A DNA stretch of 61,642 nucleotides, filler included, from Trichosphaerium sp. ATCC 40318 (Eukaryota; Protista; Tubulinea): assembly GCA_038496445.1 (NCBI GenBank). It is 3 parts of 3 records of this genome, joined end to end, with 100 filler letters (N's around TTAATTAATTAA, not from the genome) between each part and the next. Parts side by side here need not be neighbours in the genome. Positions count along the whole stretch, not along the records: positions 29,008 to 58,528 come from JALMLS010000430.1; 2 more parts are not named here. One strand, 5' to 3'. Position 1 is the stretch's first letter. Every line of letters starts with the position of its first letter. The translations under genes were made by a program, and so were the position numbers. Below the pieces are notes generated by a model. It saw only the letters and a program-made list of their open reading frames with translations. It ran no database searches and was not told where the DNA came from. Positions 35,704-50,342 of the stretch are shown here, in pieces.

Positions 35704-37154
35704 CTAGTACATATGTGGTCGTATGCGAACATACGGTGTTAGATATATTTGTAAGTAATTATCAACAAAAGTGTCACTGATTTGTGGCATAGATAATGTA
35801 ATTTTTATGATATGTTCACTCACTATCTCATCTTCAATAAAGTTCTGATTACATATTAGTACGCTTATCACCAGAACAAAAAAACGTACTGCTGTTTCAA
35901 GGAATAAACATAATAAACTACCAAATTTTTTGCGCATGTGTTCATTGTTTGATAGGGTCTCAACGTTGGCAACTTGCGTTTTGCTACATCCTATTAGTTT
36001 TAAGTCAAACTCCCAACACGTACAAAGAAGTTATTGCATAATCATAATATAGATCTTTCGGAATGTCTACACCCCTAGAGTAATATAGTACAACAAATTG
36101 TAGTGATCCTACCATTGCTTGTTCCAAATACGCTTTCCGTATACGATCTCTACTACTGTATAAGATGTACCATCTGCTTTTTTGAGATTTTGCCCATAAC
36201 TCTTCAGCTAAAACAGGTATCAGGAGGCTATATATTCAAGCAGTGTAAATCAATAAATAAAGCGTACTCAAACTCGCATACTCCCAGTAATTCCCGGAAA
36301 TTGCATCAATACACCTCCGCTTTACAACTTCAGGTCCAACTTCATTGTCTGTCCAAAAAACCGTGAGCTCATCCCTGTCAGTTGTATCTTTTGTGTATTT
36401 ATAGTGCTTGTGCAACTAGTTAGTTTATGAAACGCTTCTTTTACATTTTACCAAGCTACACTGCTCAAAGTACTTTTCTAATATAGTTCTACCCAACTCT
36501 GTCTTCATATATATTGTTGTGCCTCTTGCATCTTTTTTTACGCCACAAACGAAAGCTCTTTGGAGCCCTTCTACAGCCTAAGTATGTTTTATTTGTTGCT
36601 GTTCCAAGGCATCTTACCTGGTCACGCAACGAACTCTGTAGGTCTTCCCACTGCCTCCGCACACAATCAAGAATGAAACTAACCACTAATATTGGTAGCT
36701 TATTTGCTGCACAATGTCAGAAGAAATTAAACAATTGCAGATTACCATAAGGCATATTTAAATCTTTCCAAACAATGGGTACACCATAGTATTCCGCTGC
36801 AAACCACAAACCAGTAGGATCTTCGATACTCGTGATTTCTTCTTTTCTCATCAAACTCAAGATTTTCGGGAGATACTTTGAATGGCTGTTTTGTTTCGTT
36901 AATACGTTGGTTAACACTATAGGAGCGTAGACATACCTACATTCCTCCAGCACGGTTGTAGCCGTTGAATTATCTCGTAGTGATTCAAAATGTACTTTAG
37001 ACGCGAAAAGCGATGATGAATGAGCATTTAGAAGCTCCTCCGAAAGTGTGAAGCTAAAATCACCGCATTTAAACTGTACAGATGTTTCTATGACTGGAAC
37101 TGTAGTTTCTGTAGTTGTGTTCAGTTTCCTCTTCTTTGATGGAGGTTCAGACAT
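35704..37154 (-). CDS. NLS-BTB/POZ family protein, subfamily A
   Basis: MSEPPSKKRKLN...QFKCGDFSF...LWFAAEYYGVPIVW; last exons LLCLFLETA|..YLQIYLTPY. Confidence 0.85.
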
Positions 37155-37288
37155 ATTGTAACCGCTATTGAGCGCCTTAGCGAGTTTATTTGACTTATTA
37201 AGTCGCATCAAAACTGACAGAATCTAATTGATGACTAAATGCAACTTTTATTAACGCAACTGCGTGATAATCTGAAATTCTTACAAAT

Positions 37289-38731
37289 TCAAGGGCTCCA
37301 GAGATTCTTGCCTGCCGACAAGTCAATTCCATCACCTTTTTGGAACAACGGATCGGCCATCTCTGGTAAGGAATCCTTCTCGATACCTCCGAACCTCAGC
37401 CACATAGTATACTTCAACCCAATTGGAGTGTCTGCTTCAATTGTCACCTTCTGTAAGAAATTGTCAGTCACGAGCAAATTTGTAGTACACGTACAGCCCC
37501 TAATTGTTTGGCATAGTACTTCTTCAAGTGCTGCGCATGCATTGATGCTCGAGAAGCAACAAACGCTGCTGTTTTTCTAAAAAAAAAAGTGAGTTTGGTT
37601 GGTTAGATAAATCAGATGACATACACTCGTATCACGTGCAAATATCGTTGACACGCATCATCTCTAGTTAATTCAACTAATCCATCAGCGTTATCAGCTT
37701 TTTCGTTGTACACAATCATGACTCCAACAAACGGATATCCCTTGCTAGCGCACTCAAAGCTACTCTTAACAATGCTTTGTTCAACAGCGTAAATTTTATT
37801 CCAACACGAACTTACAGCTGTAGCCCATAATTTCTCTTCTAAAAACAGTATTTATTTGTGATCGTAGTGACTGCAAGGACTTACGTAGAGAATTAAAAGC
37901 CCACGAAACACCCTTCTTAATTAGCTCATAGTGTGCTACTAAGGATAGCGTACTTAACGGTTTATCCCAACATAAATGCAATTTAAATACATTGTTACTG
38001 GCTTGGTAGGTTAAATTTGCAGCCTAAGTATAGTTAGTTACTCGTTGACTGTAAAAAACGCACAAAGTCGTAGCGTTGAGATTGCAAAAATGTTACAAAC
38101 AAATCCGCTATAACTTCATTAAACAGAAGTCTTGTCTCTTGTTGAATTGGTATATCTATGGTACAACTCAAGCCTCCAGCACGGGCCTATTAGAGCGTTA
38201 TTTACTTCGCAGTTTGCTGATGTACGTTAATTCTTGGAATGTTTTTTATAGCTCCCCAGATTTTAACTAGCTTGTTCAGGTGACCAAGTGACAGGAGTAT
38301 CTCCTGCTTAGATTCTAGATACGGTTATTAGGTACTGTAAGATATTTTAAATGCATACTCATTGGTATTTTTGCCCTCTCCCAATCAATCACAACGTTGT
38401 ACTTGTCCAAGGCCAACAACACTTTTGTTTGATCCAATGTATTTAATCTCTCGTTTCTAAGCAAGGCAAAGATTACCGGAAGCTGAAAAGAGTGCCTGCT
38501 TGCTAACGTTAGTATCCGATCAGCTTATCTATCGCATCTGTACCTGGTATGGCAAAGTACGTATTGCCCTTCACAGTTTGGTGTAGTTGTGTTGAAAACA
38601 CCATAAAACTCGCTCTCATTCTGTGCGTTGAGTTCTGTTTCGCTGAGCTTGTACAGTTTGTTGCCACATTTGAATACAACAAAAGGGCCTACACGAATCC
38701 TTGGTTGCATTGATATCTTTGATGATCGCAT
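37289..38731 (-). CDS. Divergent BTB-family gene, subfamily C
   Basis: VFKCGNKLYKLSETELNAQNESEF..|RHSFQLPVIFALLRNE..LALDKYNVVIDW (BTB). C-terminus LFQKGDGIDLSAGKNL resembles that of 41423-42782. Confidence 0.7.
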
Positions 38732-39772
38732 TAGATGCGTTCAGGGTTCAATAGCTAAAAAATGAAGTGCAATCAATCTAGATTGACTTTAACAAGTTGT
38801 ACGGCTGAATTCGCTCAAACATCTATTTTACATCAGCTAAAAAGTGGCATCCTAGTATTCAAGCCAACGCTTGATTGTTGTTTTGTTTTTCATACGTTTG
38901 TAACATACGTATTCTTAATTGGGAAAGACTATAAGATATGTAGTATAACTTTGCAATTTTTGCCTTCGCTAGGTGAGTTTCGTCACCTGCACATACAGTT
39001 TTCGAACTTAAGAAAAGAACTGACTCAGATTTCATGAAATCTGACTCAGTTCCAAACGCTAGTCTAAATACAGGTACGTACATAAAGGCTTACCACGCCC
39101 TTTGGCATAATTTGGCGGGCGGGGGCTAACGCGGTTTGTAACAAACTAAACAACTACACTGTATGTGTAAGTACTAACATGCCATAACGCTATGTTGAGG
39201 TAATATTTTCGCGGGTATCATTCGCTAGCAAGTTTCTTTGCAGCTATGATAAGGCCTACGCGCGGTGATGAGGATGGGCATATTTTAAATTGGTATCCTT
39301 TCTGTCTAATTTACTGGCAATCTCATTTCAAGCCTTTCGCTGTTACATGACTACGCTTAGAATCTACGTACGTCTTTAACTCAGCAAGCACAGAAAAGCG
39401 AAAAACTGTGCTTGTAATGATTTTTCCTTCTGCCTGCGCGAAATAAAAATTTTGGGCAGCGCAATGCGTATGGATTGTCAGCAAGTGAGGGAAAAATAAT
39501 AAATCGAACCTGGAGCTTTAGGCAAAAAAAAAATAACAAACCCTATCCTGGCGTTTTGAAACATTTTTGTTCATTTCCCTGTTACCAAGCCTAAAATTGG
39601 TTGTTGTCAGTGAAAGATCACATTTGACGTTGACATCTTGAACAACTGTTAAGCAGTGTAGCGTCATGGCAACTAAAATTATCGCTTAAGAAAGTTGTGG
39701 GAGTACTTGCAAGTGACTGCGTTTGGTATAATTGCCTATTCCAACGATACCTTTAGCTTGAGTTTATTATTA

Positions 39773-41227
39773 TTATTGTTGGTTATACGGTATAAGATAG
39801 ATTGGTAAGTAAGAATCCACAAATTCGTCACTAATTTGTGGAATTGATAGTGTGATTCGTAGTGTATATTCGCTAAATACCTCTTCTTTGATAACAGTCT
39901 GCATACAAAGCATTAATAAACAAAGTCAGGTGAAACAAAATAACGTACTGCTGTCTCCAAGAATGTACACAACAGAGTATTTATCTTGTTTCGCATTTGT
40001 AAATCATTTACAACAACCTCAGCACTAGTCCATTGGTCTGTACTACGCCTTGTTAGCTATGGCTCAATAGAACTAGACATACAATATTTTTATTGCATAA
40101 TCGTGGTAAAGATCATCCGGGATTTGAGAGCCCCTTGATTGATAAAGTACAACAAATTCCGTGGCTCCTATTGATGCCTGCTTGACATACGCCTCAAATA
40201 TCGGCTTTTCACAATAGCGCATGTGGCTCCATCGTTTTTGCTGTGATTTTGCCCATAGTTCTTCTGCTATAATAGTTCTTTAGAGGTGGTGATTGTAGTA
40301 GAAATAGTGTAATAGTAGAAAGAAAAAGCGACAAAGCGTACTGAGGCTAGCATAGGCCCATTTTTTACCATTGATTACTTGTATAGATCTTGTCTTTACA
40401 ACCTCAGGACCTACCTCTTTGTCTGTCCAACGCACAGTCAAGTGATCTCTACCATGTTTATCATTCACATACTTATAGCACTTGTGGGTGGTAAGTTACT
40501 GAAAGAATTGTATAGAATTACCAGATTACATTGCTGGAAGTACTTTTCCAATACTTTTCTACCCAGCTCTGTCTTCAAATAAATTGTACGACCTCCTGCA
40601 TGACTCTTTGCTCGACATATGTAGTATTCATTCCGACCTTGTCCTGCCTACAGTTTTTTATTGATATGTAAATCACGTGTAAGCTTACGCTTTTACGAAG
40701 GTCGTCTTGTAGAGATTCCCAAAGCTTCTGTACACGTTCAAGTATATTTGTGACAACTATAATCGGTAGCTTGCTTGCTATGTAGTTTGTCAGCAATACT
40801 AAGCCTTGATACAAGCGTACCAAAAGGCATATTTATATCTTTCCAAACAATAGGTACTCCGTAGTATTCTGCTGCGAACCATAAACCTGCAGGATCTTCT
40901 ACACGCGTCATTTCTTCTTTTCTCATCAAACTCAATATTTTCGGGAGATACTTTGAATGACTGTTTTTGGAGTAAGCGGTAACACTTGTAAGCCATTCAT
41001 TTCACGCACCTACACTCCTCCAAAACGGTTGTTGCTGTAGAATTATCTTGTAGTGATTCAAAATGTACTTTAGACGCAAAAAGAGATGAAGAATACGCGT
41101 CTAGAAGCGCTTCTGATAACGAGAAGGCAAAATCACCGCATTTAAATTGTATTTCACTTATTGTTGTTGTTACCGTTGTTTCAGCCTTTGGATTCAATTT
41201 TCTCTTCTTTTTTAGAGGTTTAGACAT
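39773..41227 (-). CDS. NLS-BTB/POZ family protein, subfamily A
   Basis: MSKPLKKKRKLNP...QFKCGDFAFSLSEALL...LWFAAEYYGVP...WTDKEVGPEVV...EELWAKSQ...YLPIYLIPY. Confidence 0.85.
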
Positions 41228-41422
41228 CGTGGACTAATTGGGGTTCTACCCATGACAATAAGAAACATGACTCGAAGTACCACATTTTTCTGCTGGCAGG
41301 GTGTAGCGGTTGACCAGTCTGTGCGCGTAAGTACACTTGACAAAAAAAAAAGCCATTTATTTTGTAACAACAACTAGCTAGTTACAAACGAATGAGTGGA
41401 GAATTGTTTAGCTATCATGATA

Positions 41423-42782
41423 CTAGCCGAGAAGAGACTGGCCTGCAGCTAGGTCATTGTCATCTTCTTGAAATATACTTGCTAGCTTCACTAATTCAGG
41501 TTTGTTGAAGGTCTCTAACTGCAGCCATAAATTATACGTGTTCGTTGGTTCTGAGTATGTAACTTTCTGGTATGTGTTAGAACACTATTTAGCGTTTGTG
41601 TACTTACAGTAGATAAAGCATCCTGAAAGTATTTGTCTAAATACTTAACGTGAATAGATTCAGCAGCGTGAACGAACGATTTCGTATTCCTGTGAAAAAG
41701 TGAGTTTCCAACAAACAGAAGTACACACAATCGAATACTGCATAGGAAAATATGATTGTCATCGTCCTGTGTCGTTATCATTATGCTGTCATTCTCTACA
41801 CATTCCTCTGCCAGCGCTAGTTCTATTCCAATTGTTGAATAGCCAGCTGCAGCACAGTCAATACCGCTCTTTTTTATGTCATCCTTTAGGTCTTTAAGCT
41901 GTTTCCAGCCAGCACTATGAGCCGTTGCCCAGAGCTTTTCGTCTTACAAATAATTAATCATTGATTGATTCTACAATAGCGTACTATCGAACCGAAAAGC
42001 CAAGAAGTGCCAGTCTTCAACTTGGGGTAGTTGTCTATCACAATGGCATCACTGGGTGGTTCTTCCCAACTCAAATGCAACATAAAGCAATCAGCCTCGT
42101 CCTTGGTTATGCTTGCTTTCTATATAAACAATTAGGTAGAGTTTTAGAAGCTTGAACACGTACAAAACCAATTCTATGAGATTCCAAAAAGTACACAAAC
42201 ATTTGCTGCACTGCTCTTTCATCTAAGAATTTTTCTTCGTCCGACGCTGGAATTGGAATGGAACAATCTAACCAACCTTCGCGTGCCTAGATGTTGTTTG
42301 TATCTTGAAAAGGAGTCTAATAAACGTACTCTTTTTTGCAGTTCATTTTTAATTGTACTCCAAATCGTTTGTATTACACTGTAGTGTTTTGTAGCAAGCA
42401 AAATTCGTATCTTTTCCTCCGCTGATACTTTGGCTGTTTTCCAATTAATGAAAACAGAATAGTACACTAGAGCCAGTAGAAGAGGTAACTTAGACCCGCC
42501 GGTCCCATCCAACTCAAAATCTTGCACCTTCTCATTTTTCATGAGCTTTACAATCGTTGGGAGTTGTTTAGAGTGACTACGTTAGTTAGTGAGAAGAGGT
42601 TTAGCGTGGTAATTGTACACAGTTTCAACAATTTCAGTTTGTCCAGTGGAATAGATTAAACTAAAATGACTATGCGGGTTAGCCTGCAACTCTTTTGATG
42701 TGAGTTCGAAACTGAAGTCCCCACAGCTAAATTCAGTCGTATTAATGACTACTAAAGTTGTCTTAGGCCTCTTGCAGCTCAT
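41423..42782 (-). CDS. Divergent BTB-family gene, subfamily C
   Basis: MSCKRPK..EFSCGDFSFELTSKELQANPHSHF..|HSKQLPTIVKLMKNE..LALVYYSVFINW; EKLWATAHSAGW; ends IFQEDDNDLAAGQSLLG*. Confidence 0.75.
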
Positions 42783-43477
42783 TAGTTGTTGTGCGTTAGA
42801 TTGGACAACGTTGTCAATATAAGGGAGACGCGCTTGGGAGGAAAGACGCTCAGTCTTTGGTGGCTCTAGCGTAGCCACACGAGCGGATTTATTCTACATT
42901 TAAGAACACTCGTGTGAATTGCAAATGTGTTTGAAGGAAAAATAAAGAAATAATTTTTACAAGAAAAAGAAAAGGATTTTAGGGAGGGTGAGGGGATGTT
43001 TTGATTGCTACTCGCCATTGTTGTTGTTGTTGCCTATTGTGTCCTTCGATATTGACAGTCTTGTTCAGTCCAACCAAACGCTTGAAATGTTCCACATCTT
43101 CATTCATTAATAATAACTTACAGGAAAAATCACTCTGAAAGATTATTACTCTTTTGTATCGTAGAAAAGAAAATGATATAAGAACGAGCCAGCCGTTACT
43201 AGATGACGCTGGGCTTAATTGGGAAAGTCCAGAAAATGTTTCGTACGAAAATCCCTGGAGGACGTTTTTATTACAACACTTTTGTTTTTGAAGAGTACAG
43301 GGCGGTGCTGATGGGTACTTTTACAGTGTACAACAAAAATGTTTGCAGCTTTTGAGAGTATGAAAAGGAAGAGTTGAATTTAGAATGTCACATCGACAAC
43401 CAACACACTTATTATATTTTTCATTACCTCAATATTATGCACAATAAGTATCCTCATACCTTGTTTGCATAGTTATA

Positions 43478-45009
43478 CTAACGCACAGGTCTGGGTAGCA
43501 TATTTAAACTATTTGGAGCTCGCAGTTGCTTGTATGGAGTGAGATACAGCGGCATATATTTTTCAACCATTGATTTGCTAATTTTTGGCATTGGCAACGT
43601 GATTGTAAAAGTATCGTCGTTATATATCTGTTCATCAACCAGTTTCTGTTACAATTTGTTAACAAATGCACCATACAAAAAAGAATGAAGTTCAAGTGAG
43701 AACTAAGGAACGTACTGCTACTTCTAATATTCCACGCACAACACTAACAAATTTTTTTCGAAGCACTGTATTGTGCAGTAGAACTTTAACACAACACACG
43801 TCATCTGGTCTGCAAGTATGTTATTTTAACAAAAATTGAAGTGCATACTTATCAGTTATAATACAATCATGGTAAATATCCTTTGGAGGATCTATTACAG
43901 ACGAATGGTACAATATAACAAATTGTGAAGATGCTAGCGATGCTTCTTGAATAAATCTGTTGAGCAAAATTGTCCTGTTACAGTACACGCTTTTCCATCT
44001 TGCACGTTGTGATATAGCCCACAACTCTTCCGCTAAATAACAATCACAAAACAAAAGTATGGATAGAAACAACGTACTAAAGTTTGCAAACTTCCAGAAT
44101 TGACCTGCAATTGCAGACATACATTTAGCCTGTACAAGTTCGGGACCAACCTCAGTGTCTGTCCAAAACACTACTAATTCCTCCTTACCATCTTTATCTT
44201 TGACATACTTGTAGTGCTTGTTGAGGTTAGTAACTAACAAACCAGTTGTGAGCATACCAGGCTACAGTGTTCGAAATACTGTTCCACAACAGATCTACCA
44301 AACTCTGTTTTTAAATATATTGTTGGATGTCTCGCATCACTATTAATACCACCAACAGAAAACGAATCTAAACCTTGCTTCGCCTGTTCAAATTAGCTTT
44401 GATTTGTAGTATTAAACATACAAGAATAATAAGCTCGTCTTGTAGTCTTTCCCAAAGGTCTTGTACTTGTTTGAGTACATCAGTAACAATAACAATTCTC
44501 AACTTAGTTACTTTAACCTGTCAGCAATTTTAAGATTATATCACGTGTACCATAAGGTATAGGCAAGTCTCTCCAAACAATCGGTACGCCATAGTATTCT
44601 GCTGCAACCCATAAATTGGTTGGATCTTCGATACCTTCCATTTTTTCATGTTTCATAATTTTCAAGAGTATTGGAAGATATTTCGATTGGCTAAACACGT
44701 TAGCAAAGCGAATTTTATGCGGGTATGTACGTGTACTAACCTACATTCCTCCAAAACGGTTGTTTCTGTTAGATTATCTTGTAGTGACTCAAAATGCACT
44801 TTAGACGCAAAAAGAGAAGACGAATACGCGTTTAGAAGGTCCTCCGATAGCTTGAAGCTAAAATCACCACATTTGAACTGTACCATTTCTTTTGTAGTAG
44901 CGGTGGTTTCTTCCGTTGCTTTTGTCGTTTCTGTTTTTATTTTTGTTTCTGTCTTTGGATTTAACTTCCTCTTCTTTTTTAGCGGTTCGCTGCATTCAGA
45001 TTCAGACAT
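43478..45009 (-). CDS. NLS-BTB/POZ family protein, subfamily A
   Basis: MSESECSEPLKKKRKLNP...QFKCGDFSFKLSEDLL...LWVAAEYYGVP...WTDTEVGPELV...EELWAISQ...YMPLYLTPY. Confidence 0.85.
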
Positions 45010-45559
45010 TAGAACAGTGCCAATTTGTTTTAATTTGTTGTTAACAGCTGTCTTTATGTTTGAACAGAAAAGACCGGCTTCCCTAAAATTTTTCGTTGCA
45101 CGCTGTTAAGAACAAATATTTACTGTGATTATTGTTATTTATTGTAAGGGGTAGCAACAGTTGCAACAGCGACTGCAATTAAGCGTTCTACTATATTATA
45201 CCTACCTTACGGAAATAGGCAGCATTCTACCCCGAACAAGACAAACGATACAGTACTTTTAAAATACTTGGGGTTTCTTAAAATGTATTTACGCCATAAA
45301 ATAACTACAAATACCAAAGTAACTTCGCGAAACCGTTCAAAAGTCTGAGTTGTTTTTCACTGAAATAGATAGTCCGTGTCAAATGTCCATTGTCATTTTG
45401 TTCAGTGAAATTAAAGTGTCACATTCCAAATAGTGAACGACTGCGTTGATTTAAACTGTATATGCTTGTTTACTTATTACGTGTAACGACTTTGCATTGG
45501 TAAAGATATCCGAGTTAACCAGAATTAGCAGCTTTTTCTTGTGGAGGTAGCTTTTCTAT

Positions 45560-45980
45560 ATTTACCACACGCTTGGCTCATGATGAGATAGAGGCAGCCA
45601 AGAGAGTTACAACCACTCGAAACAACACTGCCGTTTCCAATGCACTATTCAAGTGTAACGGCATTAATATCTATATACTACTTATTTATGTTTCTCTAGG
45701 AAAACAAAATTGCACGTTCCTGAAAAACGTTCTGAATCACCTCATGTCCAGAATTTAGACGAATACTTTCGTTCTATCTTGTCAACTGTACGCATAAACA
45801 TACAAACTATGACTAACACATCAAGAAGATACATACGGAGGAAGTAAGAAGGAAGCGAATACATACACCTTAAAATTGGAGTTACCATCCTACTCTAAAA
45901 ACGAATTAGCGAAGCTTGTGGTGTTATTTTAAAAAGAAGATAATAGTAATCTGGCAGCTGGTTTCAATCTTAGAATAGTA
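45560..45980 (+). pseudogene. 3' relic of a subfamily C gene
   Basis: HVQNLDEYFRSILST and KLELPSYSKNELAKLVVLF*KEDNSNLAAG match the C-terminus of 41423-42782, with an in-frame stop. Confidence 0.6.
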
Positions 45981-46174
45981 AAACATCTAGGTTCATTTTC
46001 GGGCAAGTTGCCTAAACCCTCACCCAAATCTCATTCCACTAATAAACTATTCTCCTTTGATGTTGCGAGTTTGTTGTTTCCTTCAGGTGTGCCATAATAA
46101 CTTCTTGGAGTCTTCACGACTTTGAGTCACAACTTTTCTTTACGCTTGAAACCGTGCTTGCAAAGTTACAGTAC

Positions 46175-47640
46175 ATGATGTCTGAGCCACAAAAAAAGAA
46201 GAGAAAATTGAATCCGGTATCTGAAACGGCCAACACAACAACAGAAACCGCAACTAATTTTAAATGTGGTGATTTTAGCTTTGCGCTGTCGAAAGAGCAT
46301 CTTAACGCGTATTCATCGTCTCTTTTTGCGTCTAAAGTACATTTTGAATCATTACAAGATAATTCAACAAAAACAACGCTTTTGGAGGAGTGTAGGTACG
46401 CATATTAACCCTTGCTTATTGTAAGCCACGCTTACTCCAAAAACAGCCATGCAAAGTATCTCCCGAAAATCTTGAGTTTGATGAGAAAAGAAAAATCACA
46501 AGTATTGAAGATCCTGCAGGTTTGTGGTTTGCGGCAGAATACTATGGTGTACCCATTGTTTGGAAAGATATAAACATTCCATTTGGCACGAAAAATACTC
46601 TGTAACTTAAAAAATGACAGCAATTGATTTAGCGAGCAAGCTACCAATTCTAGTTGTCACCAATATTCTTGAACGTGTTCAGTCACTCTGGGAATACCTA
46701 CAAGTTGACCTGCGTGATAACGTAAAGTATTTCAAGCTATGAGGTGCTAACATGTCTTAGGCACACTTTGGTCAAGATAGATACTTTGTTTGTCGAGCAA
46801 ACAGTAGTGCAACAGCGTACAAAATTTATCTAAAGACAGAAACCGGTAAAACGTTACTTAAAAAGTACTTTAACCAATGTAACTTGGTACTGAGTTTCAA
46901 AAATATTTTAAGTATTACTAACCTCTATTAGTTTTATAAATACCTGAAAGATGAAAAGGGTAATGCTGACCAGTTAACAGTATTTTGGACAGATGATGAA
47001 GTTGGTCCTGAAGTTGTACAGAAGAATTCAAGCAATCTCTGGCGTGAAATGGGACTACACTAGCCTCAGTATGTATTGTAGTATCGAATTAACTTGTACT
47101 ACACTTCCTAATGATACACAATCTAGCGGAAGAGCTTTGGGCCAAGACACAACGCCACATATGGGAACCTCTACTCTGTAGTAAACAGACTTTAATTAAG
47201 GCCTATGTTGAGCACGCAACACTAGGAGACACAGAATTTGTGCTACTTTATCACTCAAGAGGTACAGACATTCCAGATGATCTCTACCATGATTATGCGC
47301 TAAAAGTATTGTGTGTTGTGCTTGTTTGAGTTTTTTGGCTAACAGGGGAGTAGTACAGACCAACAATCAGCTAGTGCTGAGAATGTAGTAAAAGATGAGC
47401 AAATGAGAAAAAAGCTTGCTACTCTATTGTGTATGTTCTTGGAGACAGCAGTACGTTGCTTTTCACGCTTTTTTTCCTTAGTATATACGTAGAATTTTAT
47501 CAAAGACGAGGTTATAAGTCAATATACACTAAGAATCACGCTATCAGTGCCAAAAATCATTAACGAGTTTATGGACTCTTACTTACCTATCTATCTCACA
47601 AACAATACGCTATTGGATCGTTACTGCAGCTTGATTGATC
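46175..47640 (+). pseudogene. NLS-BTB subfamily A copy with apparent frameshifts
   Basis: Full exon series is present, but there is a 1-nt deletion at ~46491 (AAAGAAAAATCACAAGT vs paralog AAAGAAGAAATCACGAGT) and a deletion at ~47020. Confidence 0.7.
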
Positions 47641-47949
47641 GTTGCACACTCTTTTTTTTGCAACTAATTGCCACGTGTTTTGAGGTTGGGTTCGATTTTC
47701 GTTTACGTCACTTGTAACCTCTACGTATATTAGTATACAAGATACATTAAATTTTAAAGGTAGTGCATGACGTGGTTATTCACAGTACTTGAGACTACAA
47801 GGCCATTTCATTTTTTCGTTGTAACGTTTAAAAAAAAAATTATGCTTGAAATTACACATTTTCTACAACCACGGCATCACATTTCTCCTGTCATGCCTTA
47901 TAAAGTACTTTACTTGTTTATTATAAAGTGTCTGGGGATGACTTAACTG

Positions 47950-48148
47950 TGTCACGACTAGGAGACTGATAAGACCTCATTCACATTGAAGATCATTCAC
48001 ATAACGGATTACTCACATTCATGAGTTCATTCTCAACCTTCATGAGATAGTTCATGAGATCATTCATGAGATTGTAACCGTTCTTGTAACCTAAATAAAC
48101 AGATATCTTAAAACCTAACAAACTGGCTCAATGCAGGCCGCTATGAGA
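47950..48148. repeat. Possible solo LTR/TE relic with internal TTCATGAG(A) repeats
   Basis: Starts TGTCACG and ends TATGAGA (near-TIR). Four TTCATGAG copies at 48019-48071 and an AATAAA. No TSD found. Confidence 0.35.
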
Positions 48149-48214
48149 CCTTTACAAAGTAATTGTAGAGATTAAGTCTTATGTGCCAACCTAATGTTCC
48201 ATAGTTAAATCCTA

Positions 48215-49125
48215 GCGCTGAAACTAACGCTTAAGCGACCTTATCAACAACTCAAGCTGAAACGGTATAAATGTGGTGATTTAGCTTTGCACTATCAGAA
48301 GACCTTCTCAACGCGTATTCATCTTTTTCGCGGCTAAAGTACATTTTGAGTCATTACAAGATAATTCATCAACAACAACGCTTTGAGGAATATAGGTGCG
48401 TGCAATCAAATAAAAAGAGTTACGACAAAAGCCATTCAAAATCTGCCAACAAAAAATTAAATAAGTATTAAATGAACAATGCATGTCCGAACCGCAACAA
48501 GAAGCGAAAGTTGAATGCAAAGACTGAACCGAGCGTAACAAAGATAAATACGGCATCACAAACAACGACGTCAATACCGTGCAAGCATATATATTAAGTT
48601 GACCTTGCTAAAGCAATTAAGTTGAAGGTTGTTGCTGTTAATAATATACTCAGAAGAATACGAGATGATTGGGAAACTATTAAAGTTCACAATACAAAAA
48701 GTAAGTTCTTCTCAACCAACACTAAATGATAAGGCAACTCTTGGTGTAAACTCGTATCCTGTTGTTGCTAACGTAAGAGATAGTATATTTGAGGACAGAA
48801 TTGCGTAGCAATAGCGTTGATGAGGTTACAATATATTGGTCAGACCAAGAATTGGATATTGAAATTGTAAAGGAAACATGTATTGAAGCAGTTTCAGGAC
48901 ATTTTTGGAAGTTTTCAAACGCTGTCAATCCCAAAAGTTGATGAATCAATGATTGATAATTATTTACAAACATGCATCGCCCCATATGCTGAAGATCAAA
49001 CTCTTCCAGGTAGTCCATAAACTATTAGGATTAATTGTAAGAATAAATTCCGGAAACGGAAGGCTCTAGTATATAATAAATGTCGAATGAATCCTCCTGA
49101 AGGTTTAGGTACTACTTTGATGGTA
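48215..49125 (+). pseudogene. Degraded, rearranged NLS-BTB subfamily A pseudogene(s)
   Basis: Frameshifted BTB exon (AAATGTGGTGATTTAGC...AAAGTACATTTTGAGTC), a second N-terminal relic ATGTCCGAACCGCAACAAGAAGCGAAAG at 48483, and fragments of middle and last exons. Confidence 0.8.
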
Positions 49126-50342
49126 TAGACGGGCACCAGTTTGAATCAGTTGTTCACTTTTTGAACGGTGACACTTTCGTTTCACTGAACAAAATGACTT
49201 TTGACACATGAATCGGCTGACGCGCAATGTCAAATATTTCAGTGTATCTTGTAACATTTTAAACTTGACACTATAACGCAAAAACTATGGCAATTTGAAG
49301 TATTGTGGTAGTGACTGTTGAATATGTTACAATGGTTGGCGATAGTCTACAAACATGTAGGTGTTGATAACAAATCTATCGACTTTTTTAAATACTTGCC
49401 AGGTATTTGGTTTTCGTAAACAACTAAGTGTTATAGTGTTCAACTATAAAATAGCTATCCGCTAAATAAATCAACGTTGAACCAAGGTGGTACAGATATT
49501 GGTGGTTTTGAATATGGGAGAACAATTACAGGTTTATTCAGGGAAATGGCGCTACGAGGTGCCCATATTGGTACCTTTTTGGCCAGTCCTATTTTGACAT
49601 TGTGCCTTAGTTTTTTAATCATTGATAAGCTCATGCAGAACATAGCGTGTAAGGTAGATTCTAAAACAAATAGCTAAATACTTATCTATCTTGATAAGGA
49701 TCCATAGCTTCAATGATATAAGGCTCCCGTTAATCAATAATTAGACAACTTAATTGTCTCATGGGTCTTCCACGTGCTATCTGATATCTCTGAAAAGGTC
49801 CATACATCTACTGTAAGTGCACTGTTGGTTAATTAAATACCCACATCATCATAAAATTACACTTTTCCACGAACCAGTTTGGGTTTTGTTTAGTTTTTTA
49901 ATTAAATATGCTCATTATTACCGCCCTGCGTAGTCCTCAACACAGAAACAATTTGAAATAAAAACGACCTATGTCAGCCAAAACCAAGTTCCACCTTTAA
50001 AAGGGCAGAAGATAGGGTGGTGAAGTATCTCCACTGAAAGCTACTTCACTCTCCCGTATTTTTTAGTTTACGCTACAAAACGTTGACTTACGTATAGTTG
50101 ATAGTGCACAAAAAGGTTGGTACCGCGTGAAACAAAAAACCTTCAACGATTCCTAATTTGGTAGTTATTCTTATTCGGAACATGTAACGTCCGAAAAAGA
50201 TTTCGGAGATCTACAAGGTCTTTTTTCACCACAGCATCTGCTGTAGGGCAGCGCATTGCTGTTGGTTGTTAATTATTATTTTTGCGAACAGTTGGTTTTC
50301 AATCAAAATTGTTTTAAGTTTTTCACCACAACTACTTCAGCA